From: Planctomycetota bacterium
GTDB lineage: Bacteria > Planctomycetota > UBA8108 > SXIK01
Direction of reading: 5' to 3'
NCBI GenBank assembly: GCA_965223845.1
Contig: CBDCXR010000004.1
Coordinates: 3,424,001 to 3,488,000 of the forward strand
DNA length: 64,000 nucleotides
Shown: positions 53,258-61,260 of the stretch, one piece after another
How the letters are laid out: each line of letters begins with the position of its first letter
How positions within the stretch are numbered: the stretch's first letter is position 1
Notes under the pieces: model-generated
Told to the model about the DNA's origin: nothing
What the model saw: only the letters and a program-made list of their open reading frames with translations
Database searches by the model: none
Made by a program: the position numbers and the translations under genes

Positions 53258-55717
53258 CTAATTCCCCCCTGGCGCGGCCGGAATCAGATCTTGAAGGTAG
53301 ATCAGAATGCGGTCATGGACCATCAGGATCAAATCCTTGAGCCCGTCCCCATCGACGTCGGCGACATCCATATGCCGCGGTCCCAGCCCCCGGCTCCGGC
53401 GCATGTACGATTTCTCCTCGAAGATCGGAAACGCGAGGCGCGTCTTGAGGCTCGTTCCTTGCTCGGAGGTCGACGGTGCCAAGCAGAGGAGATTGTACCG
53501 GGGCGCCGTGTTCACGACGACGTCCTCGCGGCCGTCGCCGTTCAGGTCACCGACCGTCAGATCCTGTGGCGAGCCGAGGTCCTCCTTTTTCTCGATCGAG
53601 TAGCTGAGGACCTCTTTCAGGCCTTCGTCCGTCTTGGTCGCGCGGACGACCGCGATCCGCCGCGAGCCGACGAAAACGAGGTCGTCGGCATCGTCGCCGG
53701 TCACGTCGACCGCCTCGATCCGAAGGACGGCGACGCTCGGCGCGTCGAATGATTCAACGCGCGTGTATCCGCCGTCTTCCCCTCGCGCGAGCAAGTCGCA
53801 CTGACGAGAGTTCGAGTCGAAGAGAACGACGCGAGGCTCCTCGTCGTCCCGGACCCGCACGGTCGCCGCCGCGACGAGCTTCGTGGTCGCACCACGTCCA
53901 GCGAACTGCTCGATGACGCGGAGAGCCCCGCCGTCGTCGAGCTGGAGCGCACGGACGTAGGTCGCGCGAACGACGAGAAGGACGTCGCGCTTCGAGTTCG
54001 CGTTGGCGAAAGCCGCGTGGCGGCCAGTCAGAACGCGGAGCGCCGACGGCTCGAGTCGCGCGAGCTGACCGAGTCCGGCCGCGCCGGTCTCCGCGAGATC
54101 CGCGAACGCTTCGCTGCCGTCGTCCTGTTTCTTCTGCACGAAGAGACGCGGCGCCGCGTACGGGATCGTGAGAAGCACGTCGGTGCTCGCATCGCCGTTC
54201 GCATCGAGGATGCGCAGGGCGGAAGGCGTGCTCTTCAACCTGAGATCAGTGCCGACCTCGAGCGTCGATTCGCCCGTTGTCGAGACTCGCAGCCTCTCGA
54301 GCCGATGGTTGGCCGCCGTGCTCGCGTCTTCGTTCGGAAGCTTCTCTCGCTTGTACACGATGAAGAGGCGGTCGCCGGGCTCCCCGCGGACCGCCGGTCC
54401 CGCCGCGAGGTGGAGGGGCTCGGCGTCGAGGGTCACGGTCGCCGGGTACTGCAGCCGACCGTCGCTCCAAGAGCTGACGCCGAGCGTCTTCTCGTCTCGG
54501 CTGACGACGATGATCTCCGCGCGACCGTCACCGTCGACATCCGCGGCGGCGACCTCGCTCACCGCGGAGAGAGTCGAGTACTCGGTACGGCGAGCCCAGG
54601 TGCCGCTGTCGTCCTGAAAACTCACCGCGATCTGCGCGACGCCGGGTCGACTCACGACGAGATCGCGGCGTCCGTCGCCGTCTACATCTGCGAGGACGCG
54701 GCGCCGCTTCTGAATTTCACCTTGGGAGCCGAGCGCCGTCACCAGCGGACGCGACCAGCCCGTCGACGACGGGCTCTCGCTCCAGCGGTAGGCCTTGAGG
54801 CGATCGCTCGCGCGCTCGACGCCGAACATCGTCGGACGCGGCGCGTCCTCGCCCGGAAGACGAAACTCGGTCCGCAGCCAGGAGCGAAGCGGCTTCACGT
54901 CCATCGCGCGCGACGGCCCGAATCCGCCCGGTCCTTGAAGCTGGACGACCAATGAATCTTCCTTGTCCGGAACGACGTAGATGAGATCGGCGCGATCGTC
55001 CGAGTTGAGGTCCGCCACCTCGACGTCGTAGGCCTCATCGACCGGAAGCGCGAGCTCCACGGGCTGGGCGAGCCCGCCACCCTCCTTCTGCGTGAAGAGG
55101 TAGGACTTCCCCTTCCCCAGAAGGATGAGATCCGATCGACCATCGCCGTTCAGATCGGTGATCTCGATGCCGTACGGACTCTCGCTGCCGTCCCGAATCG
55201 GGTAGTCCTCGGTCTTCGATCCCCACGGCTGCACGTTGTAGACGACGTGAAACTCCGGCGGATCGGCGTAGTAGGCGATGTCCGGTCGGTCGTCCGCGTT
55301 GAGATCTCCGACGGCAAACGACTGCACGTGCTTCCCGGTGTGTACGGTCTCGACCTTGAACCGGTGATCGGAGTCGATCTCGTTCGGCGAGCGTTTGATG
55401 AGGCCGGCGGTGACGGCGCTCTCGCTGTCTTGTTCCACCGCGTCGGTCGGCCCGCGCTGGACGAGAAGCTTGAACGCGGCGTCGTCGTTATCGGCATAGA
55501 CGAGATCGAGGCGGCCGTCCCCGTTGAGATCCCTCGAAACGAGGACCGAGGCGCTCTCGGTGGCTTTGAAGATCTCGAGCGCGCGAAATCCGAACGGGTC
55601 TCCCGGGTCGTTGGCCGAGGTCGGCGGACACGCGAAGACGACGAGCGTGACGAGGGCGGCGCCGACGATCGTCGCCCGCGGAGCGAACCCCTCGGGGCCG
55701 CGGTTCATGCAGTTCAT
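53258..55717 (-). CDS. FG-GAP/VCBS repeat beta-propeller protein
   Basis: Repeated DLNGDGRxDL / DVDGDGxxD motifs; signal peptide. Confidence 0.9.
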   Translation of the reverse strand: MNCMNRGPEGFAPRATIVGAALVTLVVFACPPTSANDPGDPFGFRALEIFKATESASVLVSRDLNGDGRLDLVYADNDDAAFKLLVQRGPTDAVEQDSESAVTAGLIKRSPNEIDSDHRFKVETVHTGKHVQSFAVGDLNADDRPDIAYYADPPEFHVVYNVQPWGSKTEDYPIRDGSESPYGIEITDLNGDGRSDLILLGKGKSYLFTQKEGGGLAQPVELALPVDEAYDVEVADLNSDDRADLIYVVPDKEDSLVVQLQGPGGFGPSRAMDVKPLRSWLRTEFRLPGEDAPRPTMFGVERASDRLKAYRWSESPSSTGWSRPLVTALGSQGEIQKRRRVLADVDGDGRRDLVVSRPGVAQIAVSFQDDSGTWARRTEYSTLSAVSEVAAADVDGDGRAEIIVVSRDEKTLGVSSWSDGRLQYPATVTLDAEPLHLAAGPAVRGEPGDRLFIVYKREKLPNEDASTAANHRLERLRVSTTGESTLEVGTDLRLKSTPSALRILDANGDASTDVLLTIPYAAPRLFVQKKQDDGSEAFADLAETGAAGLGQLARLEPSALRVLTGRHAAFANANSKRDVLLVVRATYVRALQLDDGGALRVIEQFAGRGATTKLVAAATVRVRDDEEPRVVLFDSNSRQCDLLARGEDGGYTRVESFDAPSVAVLRIEAVDVTGDDADDLVFVGSRRIAVVRATKTDEGLKEVLSYSIEKKEDLGSPQDLTVGDLNGDGREDVVVNTAPRYNLLCLAPSTSEQGTSLKTRLAFPIFEEKSYMRRSRGLGPRHMDVADVDGDGLKDLILMVHDRILIYLQDLIPAAPGGN

Positions 55718-56089
55718 ATGCGGACTCGCAACTTTCACCAACAACCTGCGGCGGTCGCCGCGACATCGCCCTTCCGCGGCCGGCCCCCGGCGATCGGGCG
55801 ATCCCCGATCGATCGAAGTTCCGAGAACTTTGCCGCGGAGAGAGTCTAACGGGCGCCCCGTCTCGCGGAGGGGGCACCGACAACTTTTTACATGGTAACA
55901 GCGCGGGGCTTCTACGCTTATCGACTGCCCGGCTCACTCCTCCGCGGACGAATTTCTCGCCGGGGCGTTTCGACGCGATACCGCCGATCTTCGTCCGACG
56001 ACCCGTGCGAGAAAACGCCACCCCGGAACGAGATCACCCGGTCGGGGGGCTCGACCGGGCAAGCGCGAGGCGAGCGATCATCCGCCCGC

Positions 56090-56944
56090 TCAGAACGGAT
56101 CCTTCTCCCGCTCGACCGCGTCGTCCCAGGCCGCGCGGAACTGGGCGCACGTCGCGGGCGCGTGGCCGGCGAAGTGGTTGTTCGCGAACGCAAAGATTTC
56201 CCGAACTCGGCCGTGCTTCGCGAGCCGGGCGAGGGCATCCGCCCAGCCGGCGATCGCCCGCGACTTGTCGAGGACGACGCGATCCCACGTCTCGGTCACC
56301 TTCTCGATCGCGTACCGGTCGCCGAGGAAGCGGAGATAGGCGAAATCGGCCGTGCTCCGCTCGGGAATCGACTGCTCGCGGGCACGAGGGAGATACGGAT
56401 GCTCGATGAAGGCGAGCGCGGCGCCCCGCGCCTCGAGGGCGCTGAGGAGATCGTCGACGAGCCACCCCTTGTTGCGCACCTCGACCGCGCAGCGGACGCC
56501 CGGCGGAACGCGGTCGAGTGTCGCTTCGAGTCGCGGAAGAAACTCGGCGAGCGAGAGCTCCTTCACGCGGAAGTAGGGAAACTGAAAGAGGATCGGTCCG
56601 AGCTTCGCGCCGAGTGGCTGCATCGTTTCGAGAAACTCCTCGAGCTCGCCCTCGTCGTCTCGAAGAACGCGATCGACCCGCGGCCGCTCACCCTGCGCGC
56701 CGTGCGTGATGAGGCCGGGAACCTTGGGACAGAAAATGAACCCGGTGGGGCTTCGCTCCGCCCACCCGCTCACCGTCGACGGCCGAGGAATTCCGTAGAA
56801 CGTCGAGTCGATTTCGACGACGCCGAACGATCGCGTGTAGTGAGCGAGGTAGTCCCGCGCGGCAGTGCCCTCGGGATAGAACACCGAAACCCAGTCCTTG
56901 TAGGACCAGCCGGAAGTGCCGAGATGGAGGGTGCAGGTGCTCAT
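56090..56944 (-). CDS. DUF72 (YecE-like) protein
   Basis: GTSGWSYKDW...FYP, VEIDSTFY, LGPILFQFP, AVEVRN, FANNHFAGHAP. Confidence 0.92.
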   Translation of the reverse strand: MSTCTLHLGTSGWSYKDWVSVFYPEGTAARDYLAHYTRSFGVVEIDSTFYGIPRPSTVSGWAERSPTGFIFCPKVPGLITHGAQGERPRVDRVLRDDEGELEEFLETMQPLGAKLGPILFQFPYFRVKELSLAEFLPRLEATLDRVPPGVRCAVEVRNKGWLVDDLLSALEARGAALAFIEHPYLPRAREQSIPERSTADFAYLRFLGDRYAIEKVTETWDRVVLDKSRAIAGWADALARLAKHGRVREIFAFANNHFAGHAPATCAQFRAAWDDAVEREKDPF

Positions 56945-57447
56945 CGAGTCGGTGCCGAGGACTGATGCGCGCGCCTACGGCCGGGTCTTGCCCGGGCACG
57001 CGCGACTAGCCGGTGCGCGCGGCGGAAGGTCCGAAGGGCGGGAATCGAAAAGCAGCCGAACTGGATCGCGAGCAGCGCAGGAACGACCACCGGGAGGACT
57101 TGTCCCGTCGAGACGAAGAGGCAGGTCAGCGCGAGGTACATATGAAAGCCGAGGAGCACGATTCCGCACCAGACCAACGCGCGCCGCCGAATCAGCGCGG
57201 GTGACTTGTATCGAGAGCGCTCCAGCCTCGCCCACGCGAGGATTCGGAGGGCGAACAATGCGAGGACGGTAACCGATAGAGCCGCGATCGTAGCGACGAA
57301 GACTCTCTTCCACCAAGGATCATTCGAGAGCGACGACCCGAAGAGGGCGACGAGTCCGAGAGCGACCCCCACTGTGATCGCTACGGCCAACGCCTGAGGG
57401 GTGATTCGTTCCGGGTCGATTCGCATTCGACGTTTCACTCGACCCAT
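56941..57447 (-). CDS. Hypothetical 4-TM membrane protein
   Basis: Four hydrophobic segments; stop overlaps the DUF72 start (ATGA). Confidence 0.6.
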   Translation of the reverse strand: MGRVKRRMRIDPERITPQALAVAITVGVALGLVALFGSSLSNDPWWKRVFVATIAALSVTVLALFALRILAWARLERSRYKSPALIRRRALVWCGIVLLGFHMYLALTCLFVSTGQVLPVVVPALLAIQFGCFSIPALRTFRRAHRLVARARARPGRRRAHQSSAPTR

Positions 57448-57622
57448 CCTGCCGAACGAGGCCTGAGAGAGCAGTCTCGACTCGAGCGTCGAAGATCGGC
57501 TGCGGAATCGAAGCGCCGCCCGCGACCGCCCGCCGAAAGACGGTATACTCGGAGCGTTCGTCGTCGTCGAGCGACGGCGAAGGCGTGCGGAGCTCGAACC
57601 GAAAGAAAAACGGGAGAGTACC

Positions 57623-58831
57623 GTGAGGACGTTCACCCTTCTCCTCCCCCTCGTCCTCGTCGGGGGCCCAGACGAGTCACCTTCCCCCCTCCTCACTGTC
57701 GAATCGGTGAACGTTTCCACCGCCGACGGCGCCGTGCTCAAGGGCCGGCGCTTCGTCGGAAGTGCGCCGCCGATCATCCTCGTTCACGGGCTGGTCGCGA
57801 ATCTCCATCAGTTCGATCTCGACAGCGAAGACGCACCCGCGCTCGCGCAGTTTCTCGCGCGCGGGGGACACGACGTCTGGCTCGTCAACCTTCGCGGAGC
57901 GGGGCGCGGCGCGGAGGCGAGCACGCTTCCACCGAAGCGGCGGCGCTGGTGCGCGGACGAGTACATCGTCGAGGATCTGCCGGCGATCGTCGATCGCGTG
58001 CGGGAGACGACCGGCGAGCGACCGTTTCTTCTCGGTCACAGTCTCGGTGGAATGTCGATCGCCGCCTACCTGGCCGGCGCGGTGAAAGTCGCTCCGGCAA
58101 ACATCGACGCGGGAATTCGCGTCGACCCCGATGCCGCTCGAAAACGAAACGGCGAGATCCGCGGCGCGCTCTTCCTCGGCGCACCCGCGCGCATCGCATG
58201 GCCGGAAGGCCGCCGCCCGGTTGCGCTCGGACGGCTCGCGGCCGTCGGCCGGAAGTCGGCGCGATTTTTCCTGCCGGCTCGCCTCCGCGTCTCGAGCCTG
58301 AACGGATCGGAGGACGACGACCCCGATCCGAACCTCCTCGAACGCGCGGGAAACAAGGTCGAGACTCTGCTCGAGAAGATGTTCGGAAAGACCGACTGGG
58401 CCTTGCTCGCGTTCGGCGAGCGAAACGCGGCGAAGGCGCAGCGACTCCTCAAGAAACTGCGCGGCGGCGTCCTCTCGGACACGTCGGAAGACCTCCTCCT
58501 CCAGCTCGCGGAGGGAGCGCGCGAAGGAACCTGGCCGAGCTACCGCGGTTCCGAGGAGGCGAGGATCGATTACTCCGATCACTACGGAAACGTCACCGCC
58601 CCCGTCTTCGTAGCGGTCGGCGAACGGGATCGCGTCGCCGCGTCCGAGATCGTGCGCGCGGCGTTTTTCGACGCGGTCGGGAGCGAGGACCGGCGCATGA
58701 TCGTCGTGCCGGGCTACGGACACTCGGACATCACCCTCGGCGACGACGCCCACCGCGACGTGTTCACGCCGATCGCCGAGTGGGTCGGGGAGCGGTCGGA
58801 GGCCGTCGCAACGCGCGAGACGGACGGGTAG
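57623..58831 (+). CDS. Alpha/beta hydrolase (lipase/PHA-synthase-like)
   Basis: LVHGL, NLRGAG, GHSLGG nucleophile, GERD, GYGHSD. Confidence 0.88.
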   Translation: MRTFTLLLPLVLVGGPDESPSPLLTVESVNVSTADGAVLKGRRFVGSAPPIILVHGLVANLHQFDLDSEDAPALAQFLARGGHDVWLVNLRGAGRGAEASTLPPKRRRWCADEYIVEDLPAIVDRVRETTGERPFLLGHSLGGMSIAAYLAGAVKVAPANIDAGIRVDPDAARKRNGEIRGALFLGAPARIAWPEGRRPVALGRLAAVGRKSARFFLPARLRVSSLNGSEDDDPDPNLLERAGNKVETLLEKMFGKTDWALLAFGERNAAKAQRLLKKLRGGVLSDTSEDLLLQLAEGAREGTWPSYRGSEEARIDYSDHYGNVTAPVFVAVGERDRVAASEIVRAAFFDAVGSEDRRMIVVPGYGHSDITLGDDAHRDVFTPIAEWVGERSEAVATRETDG

Positions 58832-58977
58832 CCAGCCGATCCCGCGAGTCCAGTCGACCCGCGGGTTGGATCGACGAACGCCGCGAATCCGACTCGACAA
58901 TGGCGCTCGAACCACCGCTCGGTGCAGAATCCGAGCCGAGCAAGCCGTCGGGAGAAGAGAGCTTCGCGGGAGCCATC

Positions 58978-61173
58978 ATGCAGCAGACGCTCGCCGGCGT
59001 CGTCGAGCGCGTCATATTTCGGAGCGAAGAGACCGGATTCTCGGTCCTCCTCGTACGCACGAGCGACGATCAGCCGCCGTCGACGGTGGTCGGCACGACC
59101 CCACGTGTGCACGCACACGAGTACGTCGATGCGACCGGCCAGTGGGTGGACGACGCTCAGCACGGCCGTCAGTTTCGCGCCGCCGAGCTTCGCGTCGCAC
59201 CTCCGCGAACTCGGGAGGGCATCGAAAAGTACCTCGCGTCGGGTCTCGTCGACGGAGTCGGACCACACTTCGCTCGCCAGCTCGTTGAGGCGTTCGGCGA
59301 TCAGCTCTTCGAGGTCATCGAAAACGATCCCGATCGACTGCTGACGATCCACGGCATCGGAAAGAGCCGTCAACAGCGACTGGTCGACGCTTGGGAGGAG
59401 CACGCCGCGATTCGCGACATCATGGTGTTTCTCCACTCGCACGGCCTCGGAACGGCGCGCGCGGCCAAGGTGTTCAAGACTTACGGGAGCGACGCCCTCT
59501 CGGTCGTCCGCCGGAACCCGTTCCGGCTCGCGACGGACATCACGGGGATCGGCTTCCATTCGGCGGACTCGATCGCGAAGAACCTCGGGATGCGAGCCGA
59601 TTCGCCCCTCCGAGCCGCCGCCGGCCTTCTTTTCGTTCTCAAGGAGGCGTCGACCGCGGGTCACTGCGCACTTCTTCGGGAAGACTGGCTCCGGCAGGCG
59701 ATCGCCCTCCTCGAGATCGGTGACGACGTCGTCCGCGCAGCGGCGGACGAGGTGATCGCTTCCGGAGAGGTGGTCGAGGAACAACCGATCCAGGCCGATC
59801 GCGAGACGCGCGAGCCGAACGAGCCGCGCGTGTATCTGAGTCATCTTCACCGAGCGGAGGTGCGACTCGCGCGCGGGCTCGCGCGACTCCAGGCCGGACC
59901 TCGCCCGCTCGAAGCGATTCGCACTGAACCGGCGATCGACTGGGTCGAAGAGCGAAACCGCATCCGCCTCTCCGAGAGCCAGCGCGCGGCGCTCGCGACG
60001 GCTCTCGGCGCGAAGGTCGTCGTCGTCACGGGTGGGCCGGGCGTCGGAAAGACGACGCTCGTCCGAAGTCTCCTCGAGATCTTTCGCGCGAAGAAGCTGA
60101 GATGCGTTCTCTGCGCTCCGACGGGACGGGCGGCGCGGCGCCTTGCGGAAACCACCGGTGCGGACGCGGCGACGATCCATCGCCTCCTCGAGTTCAACCC
60201 GCGCGCCGGCGGCTTTGTACGCAACGACGATCACCCGCTCGCGGGCGACGTCGTCATTCTCGACGAAGCGTCGATGGTCGACGTCCGTCTGATGCAGAGC
60301 CTCGTTCGAGCGATTCCTGCGAATGCCGCGTTCGTGGTCGTCGGCGATGTCGACCAGCTCCCGTCGGTCGGACCGGGGCAGGTTCTTCGCGACGTGATCG
60401 CGTCGGAAGCGGTTCCGGTCGTTCGCCTCACCGAGATTTTTCGTCAGAAAGACTCGAGCCGCATCGTCGAGAACGCGCATCGCATCCGCCGCGGGGAGAT
60501 TCCGATCAGCGACGGATCGCCCGATGAGATGAATGACTTCTATTTCATCGAGTCGGACCTTCCCGAAGACATCGCTTCAAAGGTCGTCACGCTCGTCAAA
60601 GATCGCATCCCGCGGCGATTCGAGCTCGATTCGATCGGAGGCATCCAGGTGCTCACACCGATGAAGCGCTCGGTGCTCGGTACGGAAGCCCTCAACTCCC
60701 GTCTCCAGGCCGCGCTCAATCCTACGGCGCGCCAACGCATCGCGCGCCGCGGGATCGAGCTCCGCGCCGGCGACAAGGTGATGCAGACGGAGAACAACTA
60801 CGATAAAGACGTTTTCAACGGTGACGTCGGTCGCGTGATCAGCATCGATCACGAGGAGAAGCAGCTCTCGGTCGACTTCGGACGCGTCGTTTCCTACCGC
60901 TTCGGCGAGCTCGACCAGCTGACGCTCGCCTACGCGTGCTCCATCCACAAGAGCCAAGGCTCCGAATACCCGGCCGTCGTCATTCCGCTTCACACGCAGC
61001 ACTTTGTCCTGCTGCAGCGGAACGTGCTCTACACCGCGGTGACACGCGGGAAGCGTCTCGTCGTCCTCGTCGGATCGCGTCGTGCACTGCAGATCGCCGT
61101 CGACCGGACGGACGGCGGCGAACGGCTTACGGGACTCCGAGAGCGACTTCGCGCGGCGTGCGGCGTGCGATAG
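58978..61173 (+). CDS. recD2: ATP-dependent RecD2-like DNA helicase
   Basis: LAGVVERVIFRSEETGFSV, YLASGLVDGVG, TGGPGVGKTT, APTGRAA, DEASMVD, GDVDQLPSVG, AYACSIHKSQGSEY, LYTAVTRG. Confidence 0.96.
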   Translation: MQQTLAGVVERVIFRSEETGFSVLLVRTSDDQPPSTVVGTTPRVHAHEYVDATGQWVDDAQHGRQFRAAELRVAPPRTREGIEKYLASGLVDGVGPHFARQLVEAFGDQLFEVIENDPDRLLTIHGIGKSRQQRLVDAWEEHAAIRDIMVFLHSHGLGTARAAKVFKTYGSDALSVVRRNPFRLATDITGIGFHSADSIAKNLGMRADSPLRAAAGLLFVLKEASTAGHCALLREDWLRQAIALLEIGDDVVRAAADEVIASGEVVEEQPIQADRETREPNEPRVYLSHLHRAEVRLARGLARLQAGPRPLEAIRTEPAIDWVEERNRIRLSESQRAALATALGAKVVVVTGGPGVGKTTLVRSLLEIFRAKKLRCVLCAPTGRAARRLAETTGADAATIHRLLEFNPRAGGFVRNDDHPLAGDVVILDEASMVDVRLMQSLVRAIPANAAFVVVGDVDQLPSVGPGQVLRDVIASEAVPVVRLTEIFRQKDSSRIVENAHRIRRGEIPISDGSPDEMNDFYFIESDLPEDIASKVVTLVKDRIPRRFELDSIGGIQVLTPMKRSVLGTEALNSRLQAALNPTARQRIARRGIELRAGDKVMQTENNYDKDVFNGDVGRVISIDHEEKQLSVDFGRVVSYRFGELDQLTLAYACSIHKSQGSEYPAVVIPLHTQHFVLLQRNVLYTAVTRGKRLVVLVGSRRALQIAVDRTDGGERLTGLRERLRAACGVR

Positions 61174-61260
61174 ACGGTTTTCCCTCCTCCATCTCTCGCG
61201 AAGTCTCTAGTCGGATTCACCGCGCGAATCTTCCTCTCGGAAGAACGCCCGGACGCCCCA

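Noticed and set aside
57949-58977. N-terminal extension making RecD2 1074 aa
   Set aside because: Arg-rich out-of-frame read-through over the alpha/beta hydrolase gene; RecD2 similarity begins at about 58978.
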